Below, piece by piece: positions 1 through 13,504 of a stretch of DNA of 64,000 bases. The position numbers were made by a program, and so were the translations under genes. The first letter of the stretch is position 1, and the number at the start of each line of letters is the position of its first letter. Location: positions 65,999 through 129,998 of the forward strand of contig QPMI01000625.1 in assembly GCA_004431415.1 (NCBI GenBank). Direction: 5' to 3'. The notes beneath the pieces were generated by a model. It was given only the letters and a program-made list of their open reading frames with translations. It was not told the origin of the DNA and made no database searches. This DNA is from Cyanophora paradoxa CCMP329 (lineage: Eukaryota; Plantae; Glaucophyta).

Positions 1-15
1 GACGTCGAGCGCCTC

Positions 16-3000
16 ATGAGCGGGAACGCGAGCATGGAGGTCTCAGTGCGGGGCACGCCGCTCGGCGTCTGGATCGCCGGCCGCATGCACGCCCTCGCGT
101 CGACTGCGCCGGAGCGGCACGTTGCCGAGGCGGCGACGCGCTTCTGCGCCTTCCTCGCCCTGGCCGGCTCCGGAGGCTCATGGCTCGTCGACGAGGGGGC
201 AGACAAGGCGGGGGTTCCCGCGAGCGGCGGCGGCCGGCGGCGGAACTCGATGTTGCCGGGGGCGGACCTCGTCGGCTCGGCGGAGGCGGAGCTGCTCTTG
301 TGCGGCGTCCACAGCCTCGTGGAGATCGGCTGCCATCCCGAGAACGGCCGACGCGAGGCGCGCGGGGCCTCGCGCCGCGCGCAGCCCGCCACGAGGCCGG
401 CTGACGGTTGCCGGCAGGTGGCGCGGGAGCTGCTGAAGGAGTTGCAGATGGCGGCTGCAATGGCGCGCGACGCGCACGTGCAGGCGGTCCTCCGAGAGGA
501 GATGGAGCGCGTCGGCGGGCCCGGCAGCACCGCAGTCGACCGCCTCCTCATCCGCAACGAGGTCCCCGCCGTCCAGACTGAGGACACCGGCCCCGTCGTC
601 GCGCAGGCGCGTCCCCCGCCGCCCTGTCTGCGCGGGCCGGGCTAGCGTGGCGGCGGCTGAGGAGGGGCGCAGTTCGTGGAGTGCGTGCGGGGCCGGCTGG
701 CGGAGCGGCAGCCGGCGGGCTCGCTGGACGACGCGCTTGCCCGCACGCGCGACGCCGCCCTCGACGAGCTTGCTGAGTGCGGCAGCCGCCGGCGCCGCGC
801 CCCGCGCCGCCGGCCTCACACAGCGCGCAGGAGCCTAGACGAGGGCCTGCACGTGCCGCTGGTGGCGAGCGTGGTGGGGGCCCCCGGGGCGTCGAGAGCG
901 GGTGTGCGCGAGGTCGGCGTCGACCTCGAGTCCCGCGCCCTGCGCTTCGTGGAGGCAGCGCGGGCCGACGAGGGCGCGCATCGCGTACTCCTCATCGCCG
1001 GCGACATGGGGTCGGGAAAGACGACCGTCGCGCGGCGCCTCGTGCGCGCCCTCTGGCTCGCCTGGCGCCCCGGCGGCTCCGGCCCCGTGCCACTCTTCAT
1101 CCCGCTGCGGAGCCCGCGGTCGATCGCGGACGGGCGGCTAGTGACGGAGCAATTCGAGGCGATGCGGCTTTCGCAGGACCAGGCGCAGCAGGCCGCCCGC
1201 CGCTACGGCCTCGTCTTCGTCCTCGATGGCTTCGACGAGATGGGCCTCCGCGCCAACCTCTGGCCCGCCCCCCGTCCGCCCCGCCTTGCCGCGGCTCGTG
1301 ACGCCGGCCGCAGGGTGGAGTTCCTCGAACGCTGGGCCGCCTGCGCCGTCGTCACCTGCCGCACCGACTACCTCGCCACCCTCGGGCGCTACAAGGCCTG
1401 CCAGGCCCCGCCCCGCCCCGCCGCGCGCGTTTGCGTCTGATTGCGGGCGCAGGTACTGTTCTGCCCGTGGGAGGGGCGGCCGCCCCGGCCGCAGCTGGAG
1501 GCGCTGCTGGAAGCAAAGATCCACCCCTTTACGCGGCGGCAGTCCACCGCCTTCGTTCGCAAGTTCGTCGCAAGGGCATACGGCGCCGATGACGCCGCCG
1601 CCCCACCCGAGGTCGAAGAGGAGGCCCCGCCGCGGCGGCCCCCGCCCAGCGTCCCGGCAGCGCCGCCCCCGCCCCCGCAGCGGCCCTCGCTGGACGGCTC
1701 GGCGGCGGGCTGCGGGGCCCGGGAGCGGCGCCGCGGCGGGGACGGGGCTGCGGGGCCCCGGGAGCGAGGCGGGAGGTTCGGTGGTGGAGACGCGCAGTGT
1801 GGCGTCCGGGGGCCTGGCGGAGCGAGGGCGCGTGCGACAAGCCTTCGTGGCGACCTCCTCCATGACCCTCGCCGAAAAGCGGCCCTCCGGGGCCCGCCGC
1901 CGCTCCTCCAACATCGCCGGTGGCGCCGGCGAGACGGGGCCCTCCCGGCCCGCACCCGCCCCGCGCCCCGTGCCCGCACCCCTGCTCGCGAGCGCCCGCG
2001 GCTGCCGGCAGCCGAGGGGTCCGGCGGCAGCGCCCGCTCGGGGCGCTCCTCTCACGACGTGCGCGGCGAGCCCGAGCGGGAACCAGGGCGGGAGCCCGAG
2101 CGGAGGCTCGTCCCGGCGCCGGCGCCGGCCCCCGTGCAGCGAACCTTTCCACGGGAGTCGCGCGGCTCGCGGAGCGAGTGGCTGCGCGAGCAGATCGACG
2201 CGATCCCGGGCCTCGACTCGCTGGCCTCCAACCCGATGATCGTGCGACGCGCCGCCCCCGCTCGCGGCGGGGCCCGCCTGCTGACACGGCGCGCAGCTCT
2301 TCATGATGGTGCAGACGATGGAGCCTATCGAGGCTTACTGGCGCGAGCAGGCCGCCGCCGTCCACGCCGGCTCCTCCCACCGCGTCTTCCGCGTGCGCCG
2401 CCGCCCCGCCGCCGCCGCGCTGAGCCGGCGAGCCGACGGGCGGGAATCCGCGTTTGCGTGCAGATGACGGCGCTGGAGGTTTTCCGCATTTACGTGCGCG
2501 AGTACGTGCAACGGCGCGCAGCGGCGCTGCTGGCCGCGGAGCGGAAGCGGGGCGGGGGCGGGGGCGGGCGCGAGGCCGACCTGCTGGCGCGCCTGGAGAT
2601 GGCCGTCCGCGTCTTCAGCGGGGAGATGGCCGTCAATCTCTTCCGCGTGCGCCGGCCGCCCGCCGCCCAGGGCCGCCCCCCGCCGGTTCGAGCGCCGCGC
2701 AGGAGGGCGTCCGCGAGGTGCGCTTCCACATGAGCAGCGCCGAGGACCTCGTCCGCGAGCTCGACGCCCGCCTCTTCTCCCCTGCCGGCTCCGCCCGCGG
2801 CCCCGCCCCCGACGTGCGCCGGCCCCCCGCCCTCGCAGCCCCCAGCCTTACGCACCTGGCGTCGCAGGCGGGTGCCCTCTCAGCGGGCCCCGGCCCTGAG
2901 CCCATTCGGGGAGGGGGCGTGCTGGGCCCCCCCGGCACGGGAAGCGGCGAAGCGGATCGGGCGTGGCGGCGGCTGCTCTTCCAGGCGGAGCCAGCGGTGC

Positions 3001-6000
3001 TGCGGGCGGCGCGCCAGTTCTCCCCCGTCCGGCAGGAGTCGGGTCCCGCCGGCCGCTGGCTCGCCTTCTTCTTCACGCACCACGCCCTCGGTGCGCACTG
3101 CTGCCCCGCCCCCGCCGCCCCCATGCGGCCGATGCGGCGCCCGGCGCTCGAGCGCAGCCGACTATTTCCTTGCCGAGTCGTGCCTCCTCGCGCTGCCGCT
3201 CGCCCCGCCACCGCCGCCGCCCGGCACCGACCCCGGCCTCCCCACGGGCCAGCGCCTTGCGCCCGACCCGGCGCCGGCGCGTCACGAGGGCGCCGGCGGC
3301 GCGCCAGGCCCGCGGCCGGCGGGAGCGGGCGTCTCGCTTTTCCGGGAGACACGGGAGTGGGCCCCGGTGCACGCGCAGCTGAGCGAGAAGAACCTGATTG
3401 AGGCGGCCGCCGTCGCGCGCTTCCTCGCCGACGCCGTCGCCATCGACCCCTCGCCCGTCCCGCCCGCGCGCCCGGTGGCCCCTTCGCCGACGCGCCCGGC
3501 GCCTTACAGCGGGGACCCCCGCGTGCGCGGTCTTTTCCTCGAGGCGGTCCTCGCCTCGCGCGCGGCCGGCTGGGACGGCACGCCGACCGCCACACGCGCC
3601 TGCTCGGCCGCCGCGGTCGCTGCGACCGTCCTGGCGGCGGCGCAGGTGCCCCTCGCGGGCCTCGACCTCGCGCGCGTGCGCATGCCGGGGGCCCTCCTCG
3701 CTGGCGCCAACCTCGCGGGGGCCTCCCTCGTGGGGGCCGACCTCTCGCACGCCTCCCTTGCCGGCGCCTGCCTCGCGGGGGCGGATCTCACCGACGCCGT
3801 CCTCACGGGCGCCGCCCTCGGCGAGCGGCCACGCCTCGAGCCCGACGAGTGCGGGCCCGCCGCCCTCTCGGGCGCCCTCCGGCCCCTGCCCCGCGCCCCG
3901 GCCCTGCACCGCGCCGGCCCGCCCTCGGTGGAGAGCGCGGCGCGCGGGGCCCCGGCGCCGGCAATCACGTGCGTGTGCGTGTCACGGGACGGGCGGCTGG
4001 TGGCGGTGGGCGGCTCGGACCGGACGGTCACGCTGTACGAGGTGGAGGGGCGGCCGGGCCCGGCGCGCGTCCTTTCGGGCCACGCGGCGGCCGTGACGTG
4101 CCTCGGGCTCTCCGCCGACGGTACGCTCCTGGCGTCGGGCTCGGACGATGCGACGGTGCGGGTGTGGGACGTCGCCACGGGGCGCGAGACGCACTGCCTG
4201 CGGGGCCACGGCGGGCCCGTGCGGGCCCTCCACTTCCTCCCCGCCCCCGTCATCCCCCCGGTGCTCGTCTCGGGCGCCTGGGACAACACCGTCCGCCTCT
4301 GGAAGCTAGGGCCCGGCGGGGCCGCCGAGGAGGCGCGCACCCTTGGCGGGCCCTCCTCCTGCGCGTGGGTCACCTCCGTCGCCATCTCCGCAGACGGTCC
4401 GCCCCTCCCACGCCCTCTCCTCTGCGCGCCCCGCTCCGCGCCTCACTGGGCCCCACCGCAGGGGCAACGGTGGCGGCGGGCTGCGATGACAAGGCCGTGC
4501 GGGTCTGGGACACGCGGAACGGGCAGCTGCGGCACACGCTGCGTGGCTACCACGAAGCGGCAGTGACGGTGCTGGCGATGTCGCACGACGGGCGCCACCT
4601 CCTCTCAGTCGCCGACGACGGCTCCCGCGTCGTCTGGGAGCTCCCCACCGGCCGCCCCGCCCGCCTCCACCGCGACCCGCTGCCCCTCGAGACGCCCGCC
4701 GGCCCCGCCGCCGCGCACGTCGCGGCGGCCGCCTCCTGGCCGGCTGGCGTGGCGGTGCTCGCGCTCCCCGCGGGGGCCGGCGCCCTGCTACGCGACCTCG
4801 AAACGGGCGCTGAGCTGCTCCGTGTACCCGGTCCGCCGCCCCGCCCGCCCCCACATCAGCGCTGCGGGCCCGACGGGACGCTTAGGGCACCGCTCACCGG
4901 GGCCCCTCGCGGCCCTCGCCCTCTCCGACGACGCCCGCCTGCTCCTCCTCGCCTCCGCATCCCCCGACGACCGGTCCCTCTGGTGCCCGGCGCCGCGCCG
5001 CGCCACGGCCCCCCGCGCGGGCCCCATTGCCACTGAAGCGACCGGCAGCGTCTACGACGTGGAGGAGGAGATGCGGCGCCAGGCGGGCGGCTACAGCGTT
5101 GCCTGTGCGGCCCTCGCACCGCTCCCTCTGGCACGGGGTGGAGCGGCGGGGCCGACAACGGGGCCGGCGCCCTCGCCGGGGGCCCTCGCACTGGCGGAGC
5201 TCGATGACCTCTCAGTGCGTCTCCTCGAGGCCGCCTCGGGCCGCGAGACGCGCCGCCTGCGCGTCGCCCCCGCCGAGGCTGCTCCCGAGGAGGCCGGGGC
5301 GGTGGCCACCCTTGAGCATATCCGCTGCGTCGCCTGGTCGCCCGACGGGCGCCTCCTCGCGGTGGGCACCTCGCTGGGGCGCGTCGCCCTGTTCGAGCCG
5401 GACGCCGGGCGCGAGCTGGGTGTCGCCCAAGGGCACGCCGCCGCCTGTGAGGCCCTCGCCTTCACGGGCCTCACCGACAACGCTCACGAGCTCGCCTCCG
5501 CCGGCGCCGACGGCTCCGTCATGTCCGCCCGCCCACACGCGCCCCCAGCCGCTCTCAGCCCTCGCGCCCCTGCCCTTACGCCCCGTGCAGCATGTACCTC
5601 CTGCGGGGTGGGCCAATCGGTGCCCTTTCCAAGCCCCTCTTCCAGGCCACGGGCCGGCATGAGGGGCGCCGCGGCGATGTCGCCGCCCCGTGCCTTGCCC
5701 TCGCGGCGTCGCCGCCGACGGCTCTCTACGGACCGCCCTGGGCCAGCGGTGCCGGCGCTCGCGTTCTCGCCGTCGGTCCGCTGGCCCCCGCCCATCCGTT
5801 GCGCCACGCGGGCAGCTGATCTCCGGCGGCAGGCCTGGGGGACGGGTACGTGCAGCTCTGGGACGTGCACACGGGGACGAAGGGCCCCGAGCTCTGCCAC
5901 GGGGAGGGGGCGGTGACGTCCCTTGCGTACCACCGCGGCGGGCGAGTGATCGCATCGGGTGGCGCGGACGGCGCGGTACAGCTCTGGTCGGTGGAGACGG

Positions 6001-7632
6001 CGGGGGCCCTGCGGCAGCTGCGGGGCCACACCGGGCCTGTTCTCGCCCTCGCTTTCGTCGTAGACCCCGACGAGGACCTCGACGACGATGAGGGCGGGCC
6101 CGACTGGCGCGGCTCAGGGTGCGACCCGCCTCCCGCCCCGCCCCCACTCCGCCTCTCACGCGCGGCACTCCAGCGCGGACGATGGCACGCGGGTGCTGCT
6201 TGCATCGGGCTCGGCGGACCACACGGCGCGCCTGTGGGATGCAGCCGCTGGCCGCAGCCTGAGGATCTTGCCCGGCCACCACGGGTGCGCGGCGCGACCC
6301 ACCGCGCAACGTGGCGGGCGTCAATGAGGGCCTGCAGGCGGGTGCACAGCGTGGCAGTGAGCGCGCGGCGTGGGATCGTTGTGACGGCGTCAGCGGACGA
6401 CACCGTCCGCTGCCTCACGTGGGCACGACCGGCGGAGGGCACGCGGGCGCCCGATGGGGCCCACACCCGTGGCTTTGGCGCTCTGTTTGTGCGCACCCGG
6501 CCCCTCTCTGGTCTTCTTCTCCGCTGAAAACGGGGAACAGGGCCGGGGTCGGCGTCGGGGCGTATTGGGAAAGCTATGCAGCTGCGGGGGTCTGACCGCC
6601 ATCTGTGGCGCTTCGGCGTGCTCCTGCTGCGAACGCCTCTCCGTCGCCAGCGTCCTCGACTCGTGCCTCCCCTCCACGGACCCCAGGGCGCCTCCGCCCC
6701 AATCCCAAGTGCGTCTCCACCTCTTCCCTGTCCGTGTGACCTGATGACGCCTTCCGCAGCCGGCAAGGAGCCTGCGGCGTCTGACGAGCGAACCGGCCGC
6801 CCCGGAGCAGCTTTCCTCTGGTGACGGGACCGTGTGCACGCCCTGCTCTACCTTGGATGCCCCCGATCGACACAGGGCCGGGCCGCAGGGGGACTTGAGG
6901 GACGGCCTGGGCCTCCTGGCGATTGGGTGGCGTGCAGGCCGGCTCCGGCTTGAGGCGAAGGGGGCGACAACGAGCGGCCTGAGCGCCGATCTCGATGGCG
7001 GCAGTCTGCAGCTGATCGCCCAGGCAGCGGGCCGCCCCGTCTCTGCCCTCACCACCCCACACCTCGCCAGCCCCGTCTTCCAGCCCCTCTCCGCGGATCG
7101 TTCCCTCCCCCCCCCATCTCCTGCCCGTCACACTCCGCCCGCCTCGGAAGCCTCCCCAGGGGGCCCACCACCCCACGGTGGCTTTGCGTCCTCGATGGCG
7201 CGACCCTCGTTTGAGGGGCAGCGTCTGGGGAGTCACACAAACAGCCCTCGCCCATCCCTTGACCGCCAAAGCAACAGCGGCCAGAGCGCGCACTCTCTTT
7301 CTGGTCCCGCTCCGCCTCCTCCATTTAGGACTGGTGGAAGCGAAGGCGGGGCACGCTCCTCGTCGCCTGTGCCGAGGTGCACTGGTTTCTGCTTTCCACT
7401 TTTCAACTGCAGTCCGAATCCCGCTGAACGCTTCTGATTCTCGCTTTTCAACGGCAGTTCTGCTTCGCAGCAGTGGCGAAGTGCCCTGCCGCCCCCGCCC
7501 CCACAAGACAATGCAAGAAACATCTTCCCTGTCATGAGCCACCCCTACGGCTCGCCCGATTCCACACCCGCCACCAAAGACACTAACACTGATGCTGGCC
7601 GGCGCTCCTTCTTCTCAAGGCGCAAAAAGTAG
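16..7632 (+). CDS. Multi-exon NACHT - pentapeptide repeat - WD40 repeat protein (NLR-like STAND NTPase); 5' end may lie outside the window
   Basis: Walker A GDMGSGKT (~1000), Walker B LVFVLDGFDEM (~1210), VVTCRTDYL, NPM motif (~2230), pentapeptide run LAGANLAGASLVGADLSHASLAGACLAGADL (~3700), many WD40 units (GH...LASGSDDATVRVWD; LVSGAWDNTVRLWK) to ~6700, Ser/Pro tail ending RRKK-TAG at 7630-7632. Exon boundaries approximate. Confidence 0.85.
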
Positions 7633-8922
7633 GAACTCTTTAGGACAAACGTGGGTCTAGAGTAGCCGGTTCCTTTCTTTCTGCTAGATTAATTTCGTAG
7701 TTACAGCCGAGATCTACATAACGCATTGTGAAACGACACGTGATGCCAGCTACCATGGTCCATGGCGCAGTGTTCAACTGAAGAGGCAGATTGAATTCCA
7801 AAATTGATTGACAACAGAACCGAGGTCGAGATCAAAATCATTGAACTCAGCCTGGCAGTGTACTACGTACGGTATCAAAAATCTCACAAGCTTAAGCCTT
7901 GAAGCCAGCCTCGAGCTCACAAGCTTATAATATATAATTAAGCCAGCCGCGGCGCATGGGCAAGCACACGTGCATGCACACTGCGCACTGCGGCAAACCG
8001 TGCACGTGCGCAGGGCAAGTATACGTATATCTAAGTGCAGGAGCACGCAAGCTTAAGGTTTGCCAAGTTGCAAGCCATCCCCCGTGCACCTCTCGAGCTC
8101 TACCTGTTCAAGCTTATAATTAAGCTTCTATACAAGTGAAGCCGAGTCCAGCCTGGCATGCGCAGGGTCTCCTAGGCCTCCCCTCCAGAGATTCATGCAG
8201 GGGCCGGGGGATTTTCATGTTCGATTCTGTGTTAGTGCCCGAAACTTGAAAACGTGCGAATCAGGCAAAGGAGTCACTGAGTACCATTTTCGGGATCCCA
8301 GAGGCCGAAAATGGGGTAGTATAGTATCAACTCGTTGTGCTTAATTTTGATGGCGGTGGCAAATAATGTCCAGCACCAACCTAAGGGCCTCGAACGCGTT
8401 GCTTCGGAGCCCATCCGCTAGCTAACGCATATATAGCTCTGTGCAGGACGCGGAGGGCGCGACCGCGCTCCACGTCGCCTGCGGGAGGGGCCTCGCGGGC
8501 GGGGCGAAGGTGCTGCTGGAGGCTGGTGCCCGCGCGGGGATCGATCTTCTCGCGGCCGAGGACCCAGCGCCCGCGAAAGGCACACCTTGAAGGCCCAAGA
8601 TCCTAAGGCCACTCCTGCTCCGCAGGGACTCGCTTGTTAGGCATAAATAGTGTTAGCACACGTAAGTAATTCGACTACCATCAATCTAGCTAATTCTACG
8701 AACAGAAAATGCTGTGTAAGTTAGACACTACGCACAACCATAAAATAAAAAAAGCGGGCCCTCTCTCTGGTCCCTGCCCTACGGGGCTCGCTCGGAAGCA
8801 GCACGGGCTCCTCCAAAAGCGCGAGCCGAGGGCCGAAATGCCCCGCACGCATGCGCCACACCAGCCCTCCACAGCTAGTGCCGGGGGTGGCTGCCAAGGG
8901 ACGCAGCGCCGGGCGCGTCTTC

Positions 8923-11900
8923 CTACGCTTCCGACACGGAAACGACCTCTGAACCTGCAACATGAGCCCCGCTGGCCTTCACGACCGTCGCCCCATCGTC
9001 CTTCGGGGGAGCCTTGCCTTCAGGATTGTGGGCTGGGGCGTGGGGGCCAGCGCTGCCTTCGCCACCAAGCATCATAGCCGAGGCCTTGTGGACCTTGGGC
9101 GGGATGTAGATGAGGCGGAGCATGATGGACCACGGAAGGCAACCAGCGCCGAGGGCGACACAAAGAAGCCACAGGTGCCACGGCAGGCGCATAACCGAGA
9201 ACGCTTGATACGCCGCTTCAATGGTAATCACCTGGGAATTAACCATCAGAAAAAAATCCTGTGAGATAGTGCACATGGGCGTGCCTGGATGCCGCCGATG
9301 ACGAGGATGATGATGGGGAAAAGCGGGTTGGTGTGGATTCCCTTGAACACGTTCCATTCGCTCGGGGCGAGCTTGCGACAGTTGATCTCGTTGAAAATCT
9401 GCTGGAAGACGAAGCTGTTGAAAATGAGGGTGTTCAGCAGCTCCTCCGTGACGAACGGGTCTTTGGGAATGCTGCAAGTCTGTGTCATGGCGGACAACGG
9501 CGTAATCCGGACTGCATAACAGGCGACAACGCTCACGTCTTGACTTCGTAGCAGAAGTTTACATTCTGAAGCTCCTTGAAAGCGGTCGGGTGTTCAAGGG
9601 CGAGGGGAGCAACGTCCCATTTCGCGTACGGGAGGGGAGTAGGAGTCGGGGTCGGAGCGCCGGGGATGACCGCCGGAAGAGCGCAAACGCACTCTGCCGG
9701 GATGGTGTACTTGTGGACGCAGTGCGCACAGATATCATGCTTGAACAAGGAGCTGCCTGCATAGAGGAGCACGAACTGGACCGTGACCTGGTAGAGTGCC
9801 TGCCCAAGAATATGCTTCCACATCTCCCTCGAGATGAGTGGCTCGAAGCGCCCATAGGGCTTCCGCTTGAGCAGAAGAGGAGTTGGCTTCTCTGTGCCGA
9901 GGGCCAAGGCACCAAGCGTGCTGCGCGTCGCGTTTAGAGATTTTCAGCACAAGGGCTCTACGATGCAGAGCGCACTCCATAATAAGGTTGACCCACAAAA
10001 GCTGAATGGGCTTGAGGGGGCGTCCCTTGCCAGTAACAGCCGAGATGAAAGCGACAGTGAGGGCGCACACGTTGACAGTCAGCTGAAACTGGACGAATTT
10101 GCGAATGTTGTCGTAGACGCAGCGTCCCCACATCACAGCTTTGACAATGGACGTAAAGTTGTCGTCCATGAGAATGACGTCCGCGGCCTCTTTGGCCACC
10201 TCTGTGCCCGAGATGCCCATCGCCAGACCCACATCGGCCTCCTTGAGCGCTGGAGCATCGTTCGTTCCATCTCCAGTGACAGCGACGACCTCGCCGAGAG
10301 TCCGCAGGCGGTTGACGAGAACAAACTTGTCGTTGGGGGATGAGCGAGCCAGCACCTGCAGATACGGTCAGAATGCGCGAGGAGAGGCACAGCACGCTGC
10401 CACTCGCCTGGAGCTTCGGCAGAATGGCGTCCATCTCCTCTGGAGAAAGCTTGCGGAAGTCGGGGCCCTCCATAGCGAGGCCATCGTTGGTGAGAATGCC
10501 GCACTCGCGGGCGATGTGCTTCGCAGTGAGGATGTTGTCGCCAGTCACCATTCGCACCATAATACCCGCAGTGTGGCACTCTGCAACGGCCGCCGGCACT
10601 TCCTGCCGCACCGGATCCTTGATGCCCACGAGGCCGATGCAAACCATCTGGTTGTCCGGGGCAGCGTTGTCCCATTCGGGGTCATCTGTGGGCAGGTCCT
10701 TGTAGGACAGGCACAGAGTACGAAGACCTTGGGAAGCCATGTTGACGATAAGGTCGCCAAGAGCCTTGCGGTCGCCCTCGCTCATCTGAGTTGGCACGCC
10801 AGCCTTGTCGAGGACGTGGGTGCAGAGATCGAGCACGATCTCTGAGGCGCCCTTGCAGTACAGCCGGAATCCGCCATCCGCCTTCTTCACGATGACACTC
10901 ATTCGCTTCTTCTCCGACGAAAACGCGTACCTAGCCGGGGCGGAGTCAGTGGCCAAAAAGGAATAAGAGAGCTAAAAAGGACCGCACAAGGAGCGAACAG
11001 TGCTCGATTTGCGGATCTCATCATAGTCATAGCCGAACTTGCGGATCATCATCAGGAGGGCACACTCGGTCTTCGAGCCGACGAACTCGACAACACCATT
11101 GGGCAGGTTGTTCAGGTACGCCTTTGAGTTGTTGGCGACGCCATCAGTGATAACCTTAAGTACAGCGGGGCTGAACTCTTCCGCAGGGGGCACGTTCTCA
11201 TAGAAGCGGCCATTGAAAAAGCACTTGACGACAGTCATACGATTCTCGGTCAAGGTGCCCGTCTGCAAGTCTTGCGATTAGCATCTTCGCTTGTTGTGGA
11301 CGGAGCGAAAGAGATTACCTTGTCGGAGCAGATGTTTGTGGCACCGCCCATTGTCTCGCACGCATCGAGATGCCGGACTAGGTTGTTGTCGATCATCATG
11401 CGTTTCATGGAATACGCGAGTGCGATCGTCACGGCGAGAGGGAGACCTGCAACAAATCTGCTTCAGAAATACTTTCCTGGGTCACAAATACCAGCATAAT
11501 GCACCCTCGGGGACGGCGACGACGATGATGGTGATGGCCATGATGAAGTAGCTGAGAATCAAGTTGGCCTGCGAGCGCTTCCACTGCTCCTCCACGTCCG
11601 TGCACTGCGCATACGCGGCGCCCCAGATAACGATGAGGGCGATGAAGGTAATGACGGAGACTGCAACTCCGACGTTGCCGATCAGTTTCGCAAGATCCAC
11701 TAGACGAGCTTGAAGAGGAGTAAGGCTGTCATCGTCCTCCGCTGTTGCGAGTCACTCAGTTGACACTTTGCCACTCTTGCGAAAGGAAAGCGACCGCACC
11801 GAGGCGAGACATCGTCATTCCCCACTCCGAGTTTTCGCCAACAGCAATAATAAGCATGCGGCCAACCCCGGAGGCAACTTGACAGCCACTCAGCAGAAAA

Positions 11901-12577
11901 GGCTTGTTCTTGTTCTTCTTGATCATGTCGGATTCTGCGAATAAAAAAAGAGGCTCGCTTCAGGAGACAGCGTAAAGTGCTGTGATTAATACAGGGCCCA
12001 CCCCCCGTCATAGCCGACTCGTCTGTCTCAAGATTGAAGCCCTCGATGAACACGCCATCAGCGGGGACCTGGTCGCCGGTGTCTAGAATGACGACCTCGC
12101 CGACGTTGATGTCATAGATAGAAACTTGAGTCGCATGCCCACCGCGGACGACTTTAACTTTGCGGTTGTTCTGTCGGAGCATCAGAAGCCGAACCCGCGC
12201 AGATATGAAGCGCAGACACCTTCACGCCATTGAGACTGCGGAACTGGCGGTCTTTTTGCCAGTCGTTGAAGGCGGACACGAATGATACAGTGAACACGAC
12301 GACAAGGATGGCCAGGCCCTCCACGTAGCCCGGAAGCTCGCTCACGGAATGCGCGTGGTCGAACTTGTATAGACACTGCTTGTTGGCTTCTTCAACCCAC
12401 GGATACATCGTCTTGTTGAAAGCGGCTGATCCATACTGAGATGGCCCGTTCCATATCTTCAGCTTCTCCTTCTCGTTGTTCTCGTCCCTGTCCGCCTTCG
12501 CCGTGTCGCAGGAGAACAGATCGCCTCCGTGGCTATTGGGAACAGCAACACCAATGATGATGTTCACGATGGTTGAG
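8923..12577 (-). CDS. P-type IIB (PMCA/ACA-like) Ca2+-ATPase, multi-exon, N-terminal exons not found
   Basis: [27 protein letters not shown]|TGTLT phosphorylation motif split by an intron, [63 protein letters not shown]; stop at 8923. Confidence 0.92.
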
Positions 12578-12589
12578 CTAATAGGCCAG

Positions 12590-13350
12590 GAGGTGTTGAG
12601 ATCACCCAGCAATTTGAGCAGCCAACATCCATCGCTCACTTTCGTTGCCGAAGGTACCACATGATACCATGAAGCTTGTCCCGGAGCTCCGCGAGCGCAA
12701 CTTCGGGTCCCTCGTGCATTCATCCGTAGTTCTCTAGTCCTGCAGCATTTCATGATCCTGTCGTCCCTGCAGGAGGGAGGACCGACAGGCACGGAGAAGG
12801 ATGCTGCGCCTGGGGAAGGCTACCCGGGGTGCTTGAGTCTCGTGGCCGCTCCCTCGCTTTTGGTAACGCTGAAGTGCTGTGGCGATCCAGCGTGTGGGCC
12901 CAAGATGCAAAAAGCGCCGACTCCAAGCATCATGGATCTGAGAGTGTGAACAGTGTATGGCATATCTTTATTCGCATCCGCATCATTGGTCCTGAAAATC
13001 ATCAGGTTTTCCGGAGGGTTATGACTCTGCTGGAGCATGTAGAGAAGCAGTACTCCGGTACGCACTCCGCTGTTTTCGTTATTTCGTTTTGAAGACCCAG
13101 TTTCAGGTCGCAAAGTGCTTTTCGTAAGCCATGGAGATGTTTTGCAGATACTGCAGTGTGGTATCGCTGGCGATGATTTGCGCATGCATACCCGCTATGC
13201 TCTATCAACCGCTGAGCTTCGAGAGCTCAAGCCGGGGCGCCCTCAGGTTACGAAGTGCTCTTCGTAAGCCACGGGGATGTTTTGCAGATTTTGCAGCATG
13301 GACTTCGATTTTCAGAGCTCGGTGCTCTCGGGCCTTATGTATCGAACTGA
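12590..13350 (+). pseudogene. Histidine phosphatase (phosphoglycerate-mutase family) gene fragment lacking the N-terminal RHG motif, with last exon duplicated
   Basis: Spliced reading gives ELRERNFGSL, VWAQDAKSADSKHHGSESVNS and RKVLFVSHGDVLQILQ (~13110-13160), with a second copy VLFVSHGDVLQILQ at ~13255-13300. Confidence 0.6.
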
Positions 13351-13415
13351 AACGACTTCTGTCTTGATTTGATCCCCCTCTTTGATCGCGATTGCGATTC
13401 AATGGGGATCGACGC

Positions 13416-13483
13416 CCCATTTCGCGTACGGGAGGGGAGTTGGGGTCGGGGTCGGAGCGCCGGGGATGACCGCCGGAAGAGCG
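13416..13483 (-). repeat. 68-bp copy of a Ca-ATPase exon segment (9616-9683)
   Basis: Direct comparison: identical except 2 substitutions. Confidence 0.95.
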
Positions 13484-13504
13484 TTGGACGTAGGGGTTGG
13501 GTGA

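Noticed and set aside
14-7500. Dozens of long overlapping Arg/Pro/Ala-rich ORFs on both strands
   Set aside because: Expected shadow frames of very GC-rich intron-split coding DNA; only the + strand NACHT/WD40 exons carry motifs.
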